This document shows positions 7,958 to 17,500 of a stretch of 56,916 bases of DNA, in pieces. The stretch spans positions 1 through 56,916 of the forward strand of contig CAZSCV010000007.1 in assembly GCA_964605525.1 (NCBI GenBank), in the 5' to 3' direction. Position numbers and translations under genes: made by a program. Source of the DNA: an uncultured Bdellovibrionales bacterium. GTDB lineage: Bacteria; Patescibacteriota; Minisyncoccia; Moranbacterales; UBA9337. Positions within the stretch are counted from its first letter, which is position 1. Every line of letters begins with the position of its first letter. The notes under the pieces are model-generated. The model ran no database searches. It worked only from the letters and a program-made list of their open reading frames with translations, and was not told the DNA's origin.

Positions 7958-9454
7958 ATGACAAAATACAAATCGACAATTGGGATGGAGATTCATGTTG
8001 AGCTTAAGACGGCTTCTAAGATGTTTTGTGGGTGCAAAAATGGACTAGGGCTGGAAAAAAAGCCGAATGTGCACATTTGCCCGGTTTGCACGGCGCAGCC
8101 CGGGACGCTTCCTGTACCTAATCAAAAAGCGATTGAATTTGTGCAGTTGGCCGGTTTGGCTTTGAATTGCAAATTGCGAGAACAATCCAAATTTGACCGC
8201 AAAAACTATTTTTATCCCGATATCCCGAAAGGATACCAGATTTCCCAATACGATCAGCCACTTTGTGAAAACGGAAAATTGGAAATCGAAGGGACGGAAG
8301 ACAAAGGAAAAGGAATGAAGAAGGTGATTGGAATCACTCGGATTCACATTGAGGAGGACACAGGAAAGCTCACGCATCCCAAAGGAGCGGATTATACCTT
8401 GGTGGATTTCAATCGCGCAGGAGTGCCCCTCATGGAGCTGGTGACTGAACCGGATTTTGACGGCGGAGATGAAGCGAGAATTTTTTGTCAAAAACTTCAA
8501 CAAGTTTGCCGATATTTGAATATTTCCGATGCGGATATGGAAAAAGGAAATATGCGTTGTGAAGCAAATATTTCACTGTATAAAGAGGGAGAAGACAAAT
8601 TGTCGGGAACAAAAGTAGAAGTAAAAAACATCAACTCTTTCAAATTCGTGGAAAAGGCGATTAATTTTGAAATCAAAAGGCAGACGGAAGAACTGGAGGC
8701 AGGAAGAAAAATTATACAGGAAACGCGAGGATGGGATGCTAACCGAAATGCGACAATTTCCCAACGCAAGAAAGAATCCGCTCATGATTATCGATATTTT
8801 CCCGAGCCGGATATTCCTCCAATGGAATTTACCGAGCAAAATTTTTCCGAATTGAAATTACGACTTCCAGAAATGCCGGCGGAAAAATCCAAAAGATTCT
8901 CCGAGCAATTTGAGCTTGCATCTGATGCTGTTGAACTTTTAACTAGTGATCGTGATTTGGCGGATTATTTTGAAAAAACTGCCAGCGAACTTGAGGAAAA
9001 AATTTGCTCCAAAGAAATTTCCCGTGAAAAGAAAAAAGCGTTGAAATTGGCGGCAAATTATATCAACACGGAACTGCGCAAACATTTGACCGAAGGAGGA
9101 CATTCAATTCGCGATATTCAAATTACCCCGGAAAATTATTCCGAGTTTATTGGAATTGTGGCGGAAGGAAAAATCAATTCCAGCGCGGCACAGACAGTTT
9201 TGAAAGAGATGTATCGAACCGGAGGAGATCCTTCTCAAATTATCGAAGAAAAAAACTTGATGCAGATGGAGGATGACACTGAGTTGGAAACAGTCATCCA
9301 GGATATTTTGGCAAAAAATCAGCAATCCGTGGATGATTTCAAAGCCGGAAAAGACCGAGCTTTGCAATTTTTGGTTGGACAAGTTATGAAAGAAACAAAG
9401 GGTAAGGCTAATCCGGCTAAGGCAATGGAGTTGATCAAAAAATCAATTCAGTAA
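7958..9454 (+). CDS. gatB: Asp-tRNA(Asn)/Glu-tRNA(Gln) amidotransferase subunit B
   Basis: IGMEIHVEL, FDRKNYFYPDIPKGYQISQ, NRAGVPLMELV, EVKNINS, YRYFPEPD. Confidence 0.98.
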   Translation: MTKYKSTIGMEIHVELKTASKMFCGCKNGLGLEKKPNVHICPVCTAQPGTLPVPNQKAIEFVQLAGLALNCKLREQSKFDRKNYFYPDIPKGYQISQYDQPLCENGKLEIEGTEDKGKGMKKVIGITRIHIEEDTGKLTHPKGADYTLVDFNRAGVPLMELVTEPDFDGGDEARIFCQKLQQVCRYLNISDADMEKGNMRCEANISLYKEGEDKLSGTKVEVKNINSFKFVEKAINFEIKRQTEELEAGRKIIQETRGWDANRNATISQRKKESAHDYRYFPEPDIPPMEFTEQNFSELKLRLPEMPAEKSKRFSEQFELASDAVELLTSDRDLADYFEKTASELEEKICSKEISREKKKALKLAANYINTELRKHLTEGGHSIRDIQITPENYSEFIGIVAEGKINSSAAQTVLKEMYRTGGDPSQIIEEKNLMQMEDDTELETVIQDILAKNQQSVDDFKAGKDRALQFLVGQVMKETKGKANPAKAMELIKKSIQ

Positions 9455-9478
9455 AATCGCCATAGGGGCGATTTTTTT
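9453..9478 (+). terminator. intrinsic terminator after gatB
   Basis: aaaatcgcc / ggcgatttt stem followed by a T run. Confidence 0.7.
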
Positions 9479-9515
9479 ACGGTTCTTTTTATGATCAAAA
9501 AAAAGGGGGGTTAAT

Positions 9516-9710
9516 ATGAATTTTTCTGGAAGATGTTGCCTGTGCGAAAAGAAATGTCTAAGAGTGAGTAAAAAAAATAATACTGCTTGGATTTCAGGTG
9601 TTTTTTTTGAGACTCTGGCTGAAAGTCAAAAGCCGAAAGATTCTATCAGTGAGGGCGTGTCGTATCTTCCCTTAGTGCAGCATTTTTCTTGCGCTTATCT
9701 CGTGGGGTGA
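9516..9710 (+). CDS. small Cys-containing hypothetical protein (64 aa)
   Basis: Strong purine-rich SD (AAAGGGGGGG) before ATG; fills the gap between two terminators; CCLC..C N-terminus. Confidence 0.45.
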   Translation: MNFSGRCCLCEKKCLRVSKKNNTAWISGVFFETLAESQKPKDSISEGVSYLPLVQHFSCAYLVG

Positions 9711-9761
9711 CGGATAGCGGAAGAAAATTAAAAGGGCTGGGAAAAAAATCCCGCCCTTGAT

Positions 9762-10706
9762 TTATTTTCTGAGAAATTCAGAGGCTTCTTTTTCAATATT
9801 TTTGTATTTGTTTTTTTCTTTTTTTCCGATTGGAATCCAGATGATTCTTTTGTCCTTTTGAAACCAAGTGCGCTGGCGTTTAGCATAATTTTTTTCTGCT
9901 AGGTATATTTTTTCTTGCAGTTCCTCTTTGGTTTTTATGTTTCCTTTGAGAAATTCAGGAATCAGATTATAGCTCAATCCGAAGCTTTGGATTTTTTTCC
10001 AGCTCAATTTGTATTTTTTGTGCAGATTTTCAACTTCCTCGATCATTCCCATTGAAAATCTTTTCCCGACATTTTTCCGTATCCGTTCGTTTAATTCTTC
10101 CTTGTTTCGCAAAATTCCAATTTGGAGGAATTCAATTTCTCCCTCACCCCCAACCCCTCTCCCGGAGGGCGAGGGGGAAATGGAAGGGACTTTGCCGATT
10201 GATTTGCAGATTTCAATGGCGCGGATGAGGCGGACTTTGTTTTTGGCGTCGATGTTTTTCGCTCTTTCCGGATCCAGTTTTTTTAATTTATTAAAAAGTG
10301 TTTCTGCGCTTAATTCTTGCAGTTTGATTCGTAATTCTTTGTCAGGTTTCACTTCCGGAAAATCCACGTTATCGACGATAGCTTTTATCCAAAATCCGGT
10401 GCCACCGCAAATGATCGGAACTTTGCCGCGCTTCAAAATATCCTTGATTATTTTCTCGGTTTTCTTTTTGAATTTGGCGGCGTTGTATTCCGTTTTTGGC
10501 GAGGCGATATCAAGCATATGGTGCGGAGCCATTTTTTGTTCCGCTTCGGTTATTTTTCCTGATCCAATGTCCATTCCGCGGTAAATCTGTCGCGAGTCAG
10601 CGGAAATAATTTCACCATCAAATTTTTGCGCAAGCCGAATCGCCACATCCGATTTTCCGGAAGCAGTAGGACCGAGGATGACGATTATTTTATTGTTTAT
10701 TGACAT
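9762..10706 (-). CDS. miaA: tRNA (adenosine(37)-N6)-dimethylallyltransferase
   Basis: ILGPTASGKS, ISADSRQIYRGMDIGSGK, GGTGFW, YAKRQRTWF; start at ATG 10706 (MSINNK). Confidence 0.96.
   Translation of the reverse strand: MSINNKIIVILGPTASGKSDVAIRLAQKFDGEIISADSRQIYRGMDIGSGKITEAEQKMAPHHMLDIASPKTEYNAAKFKKKTEKIIKDILKRGKVPIICGGTGFWIKAIVDNVDFPEVKPDKELRIKLQELSAETLFNKLKKLDPERAKNIDAKNKVRLIRAIEICKSIGKVPSISPSPSGRGVGGEGEIEFLQIGILRNKEELNERIRKNVGKRFSMGMIEEVENLHKKYKLSWKKIQSFGLSYNLIPEFLKGNIKTKEELQEKIYLAEKNYAKRQRTWFQKDKRIIWIPIGKKEKNKYKNIEKEASEFLRK
10139..10178. repeat. GC-rich palindromic repeat inserted in-frame in miaA (copy 1)
   Basis: ctccctcacccccaacccctctcccggagggcgaggggga; 39/40 identical to 11627-11666; encodes SPSPSGRGVGGEG. 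Confidence 0.9.
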
Positions 10707-10728
10707 ATGTTTTGCAGTTTGATAGTAT
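10700..10728 (+). promoter_or_regulatory. sigma70 promoter overlapping the miaA start codon, firing away from miaA
   Basis: TTGACA(10700-10705)-N17-TAGTAT(10723-10728). Confidence 0.65.
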
Positions 10729-10734
10729 TTTTTC

Positions 10735-10912
10735 AAGCTGGTTTTCGCAGGAGAGATTGAATCCGCGAAAGGATTATCTCTGAAAACTTAACCCCTACGC
10801 CTAGAAGCAGCCAGTTAAGGCTCTGACTCAGGAAACGCCTTTGTAGGGGCGATTACAGCCAAGGTAGGAGCTAGGCAGGTTATTATGCAACAGTCATGAT
10901 AACCTGCTTTTT
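10735..10912 (+). ncRNA. candidate stand-alone structured ncRNA (~175 nt), family unassigned
   Basis: Own promoter upstream and + strand terminator at the end; GC-richer than flanks; helices gttttc/gaaaac, agagat/atctct, aatcc/ggatt, cccctac/gtagggg, agcc/ggct; no convincing ORF. Confidence 0.55.
10875..10912 (+). terminator. intrinsic terminator on + strand (antisense to miaB-miaA)
   Basis: 13-bp stem gcaggttattatg / catgataacctgc; the U tract is on the + strand only. Confidence 0.7.
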
Positions 10913-12320
10913 ATTTTATTGTAATCCCTTCTAAATTCCAAATATTAGCTTTGGCGATTTTTACTTTGATTATTTTTCCGATGAGGTTTTTTGACTCCGA
11001 CGTTTTGTCGGAGTGAAAATTGGGTACAATTTTCACATTTTTCATTGTGCGGGTTTTGCCGAAATAGTTTCTGTCTTTTTTGTTTTCAATCAGGACTTCC
11101 AAAGTTTTTCCGACATATTTTTTGTTATTTTCAAAACACGTTTTTTTGAGAATTTCATTGAGATAATTCGCTCTTCTTTCTTTTTCCATTTTACTGACGT
11201 TGTCTTTCATTTTCCAGGCAGCTGTTTCTGGGCGGGGGGAGAATTTTCCGAAAAATACCATATCGAATTTCGCCTTGCGCATCACTTCGGCGCTATCTTC
11301 AAATTGTTTTTTGGTTTCTCCCGGAAAGCCAACAATGATGTCGGAAGTAATTGAAAATGGAACAGCGGGCTTATGTTTTTTAAATGCTGATTTTATTTTC
11401 CGCATAATTTTCAGATATTCTTTGGCGGTGTATTTGCGATTCATATTGCGGAGAACTGCATCATTTCCGGCTTGAATCGGAAGATGGAAATTTTCGCAAA
11501 CCTTTTTGCACTTGGCGACGGTTTCAATCATTTCATCTGTCACATCTTTGGGATGGTTGCTCACAAAACTGATCCAAAATTTTCCGGGAATCGCATTAAT
11601 TTTTTTCAGGAGTTGGGAGAAATTAGCTCCCTCACCCCTAACCCCTCTCCCGGAGGGCGAGGGGGATTTGTAACTGTTCACGTTTTGTCCTAATAGGATA
11701 ATGTGTTTCGTCCCATTTTCGATCAGTCTTTTCACTTCAGAAATTATATCTTCTGTCGGGCGGGAAACTTCGCGTCCGCGGGCATTCGGCACGACGCAAT
11801 AGGCGCAAAAGTTGTTGCACCCGGTCATAATGGGGACGCCGGCTTGAAATTTATTCTTATACTGAGGTGTGATTGAAAAGTATGAAGCGTTATTTCTGGG
11901 GATTATTAATTTGGGATATGCTTTTAATTTTTTCTGCCTAAGGCGGACCAGCCTTGGGCTGGCAATAATAAACTTTTCAAACTTTTCGAATTCATTGATT
12001 GGAAAAAATAAATCAACCTTGCCCTTGAGTCTTCTTTGCACATCCGGTCTATTTGCCAAACATCCTGTCAGTATGATTTTAATTCTTGATTCCTGATTCT
12101 TGATTCCCAATTCTTGACTCTTAATTCTCAGATTGTGTATCTGTCCGTAAATCCGGTCTTCTGCCATTTGGCGAACTCCGCAGGTATTGAAAATTACCAA
12201 ATCCGCTTCGTTGATGTTTTCGGTTTCTCTAAATTTTTGAGACGACAAAAATCCAGCGATTCTTTCACTATCGCTATGATTCATTTGACACCCAAATGTT
12301 TTGATGTAATACTTTGACAT
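10911..12320 (-). CDS. miaB: tRNA-2-methylthio-N6-dimethylallyladenosine synthase (radical SAM, TRAM)
   Basis: KTFGCQMN, NTCGVR, TGC; radical SAM CNNFCAYC; HLPIQAG; DIIVGFPGET; adjacent to miaA. Confidence 0.93.
   Translation of the reverse strand: MSKYYIKTFGCQMNHSDSERIAGFLSSQKFRETENINEADLVIFNTCGVRQMAEDRIYGQIHNLRIKSQELGIKNQESRIKIILTGCLANRPDVQRRLKGKVDLFFPINEFEKFEKFIIASPRLVRLRQKKLKAYPKLIIPRNNASYFSITPQYKNKFQAGVPIMTGCNNFCAYCVVPNARGREVSRPTEDIISEVKRLIENGTKHIILLGQNVNSYKSPSPSGRGVRGEGANFSQLLKKINAIPGKFWISFVSNHPKDVTDEMIETVAKCKKVCENFHLPIQAGNDAVLRNMNRKYTAKEYLKIMRKIKSAFKKHKPAVPFSITSDIIVGFPGETKKQFEDSAEVMRKAKFDMVFFGKFSPRPETAAWKMKDNVSKMEKERRANYLNEILKKTCFENNKKYVGKTLEVLIENKKDRNYFGKTRTMKNVKIVPNFHSDKTSESKNLIGKIIKVKIAKANIWNLEGITIK
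11627..11666. repeat. GC-rich palindromic repeat inserted in-frame in miaB (copy 2)
   Basis: ctccctcacccctaacccctctcccggagggcgaggggga; encodes SPSPSGRGVRGEG. Confidence 0.9.
12083..12131. repeat. heptamer tandem array (TTCTTGA-like x7) in-frame in miaB
   Basis: ttcttga ttcctga ttcttga ttcccaa ttcttga ctcttaa ttctcag; encodes LRIKSQELGIKNQESRI. Confidence 0.8.
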
Positions 12321-12396
12321 TGAAGTTGTTTGAAAATTGAATAAACAGTTTTTCTAACATATCAAAAATTAACCCTAAAATCAAGGAGGGGGAAGT

Positions 12397-12675
12397 ATGG
12401 TGGAACTGTCAACTGAAGATCTCGTTGCGTTAGAGGCTCGCTTGCGCGAAGAGCAGGCGAGAATTGATAAAAAAATTGCGGAAATTATGTGGACGAATTT
12501 TCGCAATTTGGAGGATGGAGGTGTTCGAAAGTACCTCCTCGTTTCTAAATACGGGAACGATGTTATTGTCGTTCTTATCAAATATGGTTATCTGCATGAG
12601 GAGAATGGCGATCTCCTCCTAACAGAAAAAGGGGAGGAGTATGTTATTGATATGCATCTGAAAAATAATAAGTAG
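12397..12675 (+). CDS. small hypothetical protein with winged-helix-like C-terminus
   Basis: SD AAGGAGG; C-terminal LIKYGYL...LLLTEKGEEY resembles a wHTH wing; followed by a bidirectional terminator. Confidence 0.65.
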   Translation: MVELSTEDLVALEARLREEQARIDKKIAEIMWTNFRNLEDGGVRKYLLVSKYGNDVIVVLIKYGYLHEENGDLLLTEKGEEYVIDMHLKNNK

Positions 12676-12693
12676 CTTTCTATTTTTAGATGT

Positions 12694-12733
12694 AAAAAAC
12701 CGAAGTCTTGCAGCGACAAGCTTCGGTTTTTTT
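12694..12733. terminator. bidirectional terminator between orphan 12397 and thrS
   Basis: aaaaaaccgaag ... cttcggtttttt. Confidence 0.7.
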
Positions 12734-14481
12734 TATTTTTTCTCTTCAATTTCTTTTTTAATTTTCTCTGCAAATTCTTCAAGAGACAGGACTTCCTGTT
12801 TTTTATCTGCGCGTTTTCGGATGGCGACGGTTTTGGCTTCTTTTTCTTTTTCTCCGACGACAAGCATATAGGGAATTTTTTGTTTTTCCGCTTCGGCGAT
12901 TCTTTTTCCGAGAGATTCTGATTCAAAACTCATTTCTACGCGGATATTGTTTTCTAAAAGTTTTTGCTCGACTTCCTTAGCGTAATCTTCGAATTTTTCA
13001 CTGATTGGAATAATCTTGACCTGAACGGGGGAGAGCCAAAGTGGAAAAGCGCCGGCAAAATGTTCGATTAGTAACACTAAAAATCTTTCATACGATCCCA
13101 AGATTGCGCGATGAACCATTACCGGAGGAATTTTTTCACCTTTTTCGTTTGTATATTCCAGATTGAATCTTTTTGGAGTGGCAAAATCAATTTGAACGGT
13201 TGGGATTTGAATTTCTTTTCCAAGTGCATCTTTGAACATAAAGTCCAATTTTGGTCCATAAAGTGCCGCCTCACCTTCACAGCGTTTGGCTCCAAGTTTC
13301 ATTTCATCGGAAATTTCTTCAAGTATTTTTTCACATTGATTCCAATCTTTTTCATCCCCGATATATTTTTCCGGATGAGCGTAATCTCTGACGGAAAGTG
13401 AAACCCAATGGTTTCCCCAAAGACCGAGAGCTCCGTAGAAATCTTTAATAATGTTAATCATATTCTTGATTTCATCTTTCACTTGACTGGCTGTGCAAAA
13501 AGAATGTCCGTCTTCGACTGTTATCGCATAAACTCTGGACAATCCGCCAACCTCTCCTGTTTTTTCGGCGCGGTATTGTTTGTCTGATTCCATATATCTT
13601 ATCGGTAAATCTCTGTATGATCTTGTTTTTGAAGCGTAGATCTGTGTGTGATGCGGACATTGAACCGGTTTTAAGACGAAATCATGTTCTTTTTTTGATG
13701 TTACGTGAAACAATTCATCGCCAAACTTTTTGGCGTGTCCGGATATTTCAAATAATTCGACTTTCGCCAGTGATGGAGCGGATACTTTTTGAAATCCATA
13801 TTTGCGACAAACTTCTTCAATGTGTTTTTGCAGCGCATCTTTGATGATTGTTCCTTTTGGAGTGAAAAGCGGAAGTCCCGGTCCGATCAAATCAGAAAAA
13901 CAAAACAAATCCAGCTCTTTTCCCAATTTTCGATGATCTCTTTCCTTGGCTTTTTCTTGATTTTCCAAATATTCTTCTAATTCTTTTTTGTTTTCAAGAA
14001 CCACGCCGTACACTCTTTGCATTTGTTTGTTTTTTTCATTGGCTCGCCAATAGGCTCCGGAGATTTTGGTAAGTTTGAAAGATTGCGAGTTTATTTCTCC
14101 GGTTGAATCGATGTGGGGTCCGGAGCAAAGATCGACAAAGTTTCCGGTTTTGTATATTGTGACATTTTTGTTTCCTTCGTTTTGCAAATCCTTGATGATT
14201 TCCAATTTGTACGGCTGATTGGCTTTTTGAAAATGTTCGGCGGCGTTTTCGGCAGAAATTTCCTGTTTTTCAAAAGGATGGTTGGCTTTGATAATTGCGC
14301 GCATTTTTTCTTCTAAGAGCGGAAGGTCTTCGGGAATAAGAGTTCGTGGAAGGTCGAAGTCATAATAAAACCCGTCTTCAGTAGTCGGTCCCGTTCCGAA
14401 TTTGGCTTCCGGAAACATCTCCAGAACTGCTGCCGCCAAAATATGGGCAGTACTGTGTCGCAAAATTTCTTTATTTTTCAT
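12733..14481 (-). CDS. thrS: threonine--tRNA ligase (lacks the N-terminal TGS domain)
   Basis: LRHSTAH, DLCSGPH, RDHRKLG, LKPVQCPHH, AALYGPK, HRAILGSYERF. Confidence 0.97.
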   Translation of the reverse strand: MKNKEILRHSTAHILAAAVLEMFPEAKFGTGPTTEDGFYYDFDLPRTLIPEDLPLLEEKMRAIIKANHPFEKQEISAENAAEHFQKANQPYKLEIIKDLQNEGNKNVTIYKTGNFVDLCSGPHIDSTGEINSQSFKLTKISGAYWRANEKNKQMQRVYGVVLENKKELEEYLENQEKAKERDHRKLGKELDLFCFSDLIGPGLPLFTPKGTIIKDALQKHIEEVCRKYGFQKVSAPSLAKVELFEISGHAKKFGDELFHVTSKKEHDFVLKPVQCPHHTQIYASKTRSYRDLPIRYMESDKQYRAEKTGEVGGLSRVYAITVEDGHSFCTASQVKDEIKNMINIIKDFYGALGLWGNHWVSLSVRDYAHPEKYIGDEKDWNQCEKILEEISDEMKLGAKRCEGEAALYGPKLDFMFKDALGKEIQIPTVQIDFATPKRFNLEYTNEKGEKIPPVMVHRAILGSYERFLVLLIEHFAGAFPLWLSPVQVKIIPISEKFEDYAKEVEQKLLENNIRVEMSFESESLGKRIAEAEKQKIPYMLVVGEKEKEAKTVAIRKRADKKQEVLSLEEFAEKIKKEIEEKK

Positions 14482-14542
14482 AGTGTTGTAAAAATATTTA
14501 TATTGTAATTGTAAGAAATATTGAGTAAAAGCGCAAATTTTT

Positions 14543-17500
14543 TTACATTAACTCGATTTTTGCGCCGGTGGTTTTTTCTATTTTTTCGATCAAATCTTTT
14601 CCTATGGCGACGCTGTACGAGGTTTCCATTTTCGATCCATTAAGCGAAAGATAAATTCTGGTTTTTCCGAATTTGCAGACGCCGAGAGTGTCGGAAATAT
14701 TTTTGAGGGTCATTTGGCTGGATCCGGGAGGTAAAATAATAGTAAGTTTTTCATTTTCAATCGGTGCATCCTTTTTTTCAAAATGCCCGTTGCTTTTTTG
14801 CGTGTGCAAAACTCTTTTGAAACTTTCCAATTCTTGTTGGTTTATTTCCTTGGCGTCTTCAGCTAGGATTTTGAAAACCCCGTCTTTGTTTGAAAGTTTT
14901 CCTTCGACCAGAACAATGCGGTCTTCTTGCCAAATTGAGCCAATCCGTTCCAGCGTTTTGGGAAAAATTAGAAGTTCTATTTTTCCTTTCAAATCTTCAA
15001 TCGTGGCAAACATCATTTCTTGATGGCGCTTGGTGACGATTTTTTTGACCGCACTGATAACTCCTCCGACTTTCACCATTTGTCCGACCATATTTTGATT
15101 TAATGCGTTGATGGGAATTGCCATTTGGTTGAAATATTCCTGATAATCGGAAACTGGATGACCGCTTACATATAGCCCCAGCAGTTCTTTTTCCCATTGC
15201 AATTTTTCCTTCTTTTCTGCCGGAGCGGCCACTTCGAGTTGAATTTGCGCTTTGGAAAGAATTTCTTCGCCAAAGAGGCTGGTTTGGCTGGAATTTTTAT
15301 TTTTCTGGATATTCTTGGAAAAAGCCAAAATAGTTTCTATATTTTCCAAAATTTGATTCCGTTCCGCCATCTGATCAAGCGCGCCCACTTTTGCCAGCGC
15401 TTCAATTGATTTTTTATTCAAATCCCGAATAGTGATTCTTTCGAGCATATCTCCGAGACCTGCATATTTTCCATTCCTTTTTCTTTCAGCGACAATTTCA
15501 TGAGCGACCGGCTTGCCCACATTTTTGATGGCATTGAGTCCAAAGCGAATTTTTTCCTTGTCGTCAGCTCCTTTGACAACCGCAAATTCTTCAAAACTTT
15601 CATTGACATCCGGAGGCAAAACCTCGATTTCCATATGTTTTGATTCATCTACTTCAATGGCAATTCGATCAATGTTGTCCTGGTCGGAAGTCATCAGTGC
15701 CGCCATAAACTCTGCCGGATAATGCGCTTTGAGATATGCTGTTTGATAACCGATGAGTCCATAGCAGGCGGCGTGCGACCGATTGAATCCATATCCGGCG
15801 AACGGTTCGATAAAAGCGAAAACATTCTCGGCAGTTTTTTTGTCGATTCCATTTTTTACGCATCCTTCGACGAATTTTATTTTCTGCTCCTGAATTAAAT
15901 CCAAAATCTTTTTTCCTACCGCTTTGCGAAGGACGTCAGCTTCTCCTAAGGTAAAACCGGCAAGCTGTTGCGCCATTTGCATAACTTGTTCTTGATAAAC
16001 CGCCACGCCATAAGTTTTTTTCAAAATCGGTTCCAGTTTTGGATGCAAATAAGTTATCTTTTTCAAACCATGTTTGCGCGCGATAAAGTCCGGAATCCAA
16101 TCCATCGGTCCGGGGCGGTAAAGCGCTACCATAGCAATCACATCCTCAAGATTATTCGGCATTAATTGTTTGAGATATCTTTTCATTCCACTGCTTTCCA
16201 ATTGGAATACTCCCGTGGTATTGGCGTGTTGCAAAAGTTCGTAGGTTTTTTTGTCATCCAGTGGAATATTTTCAATGTCGATTTCCAACCCCTTTGTTTT
16301 GCGGACAATATTGAGAGTATTTTGGATGATGGTAAGATTTTTCAGTCCCAGAAAGTCCATTTTGAGAAGTCCGATTTTTTCCACATAGCTGGACTTGGTG
16401 GAAGATGAATATTGCGTGACTAATCCGTCCCCTCCTTTGGCGAGAGTTTGCAATGGAGAGTAGGTGGTAACAGGCTCTTTGGTAATTACTACTCCGCACG
16501 CATGCATTGAAGCGTGGCGGGCAACTCCTTCCAATTTTTTGGCGCTGTCAATCAGTTTTTTTCCATTAGGATCGCTTTCATAAAGTTGCTTGAATTCTTT
16601 TGCATCTTCAAGCGCTTCTGTGATATTGGAAAACATTGGAATCATTTTGGCGGTCCGATCGCAAAAGCTGTACTCCAATCCAAGCGCACGACCGGCATCG
16701 CGAATAGCGGCGCGGGCAGCCATCGTTCCAAAAGTAATAATCTGTGCTACGTGATCGTGGCCATATTTTTTTCGCACATAATCCAAAACTTCATCGCGGC
16801 GGTTGTCGGCAAAATCCATATCGACATCGGGCATGGATATTCTTTCCGGATTGAGAAATCTTTCAAAAAGCAAATCATATTTTATCGGGTCGACATTGGT
16901 TATTCCGATAAGATATGAAACAAAACTTCCGGCGGCGCTTCCGCGTCCCGGTCCGACGACGATTCCTTGCTGTTTTGCCCAATTGACGAAATCTTGAACG
17001 ATAAGGAAGTATGATGGAAATCCGGTTTTTTCAATAATTCCCAGTTCGTATTCCATGCGATCGCGGTGTTCTTGCGTGATATTTCCTTGATATTTTTTTT
17101 CGAGTCCTTTTTCAGTAAGATGGCGGAGATAAGTGACGTCTGTATATCCATCCGGAACATCAAAATGGGGGAGTTGCGTTTCTCCAAGCTTGATATGAAA
17201 ATCGCATTTATTGACAATTTCCTGGGTGTTGGCGATAGCCTCGGGAGTATTTTTGAACGCGCGTTGCATTTCCTCCGGAGATTTCATCGAGAGATCGAAA
17301 TCCATCAAACTCATGCGATTTTTTTCTTGGACTTTGCGGTTGGTTTGGATACAAAGAAGAATGTCTTGAATTTCAGCATCTTCTTTGTTGACATAATGAA
17401 TATCTCCGGTGGCGACAACGGGAATTCCGGTTTTTTTGGAAATTTCCAGCATCCCTTGATTGGCGGTTTTCTGCTGGATATTTCCCGGATGGTGTTGAAG

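Noticed and set aside
10741-10840. Glycine riboswitch (GGAGAG ... CTCAGG look-alikes)
   Set aside because: The CCGAAG/GCAA and CUCUCAGG core is not properly matched, GAGA pairs locally, and no + strand gene follows
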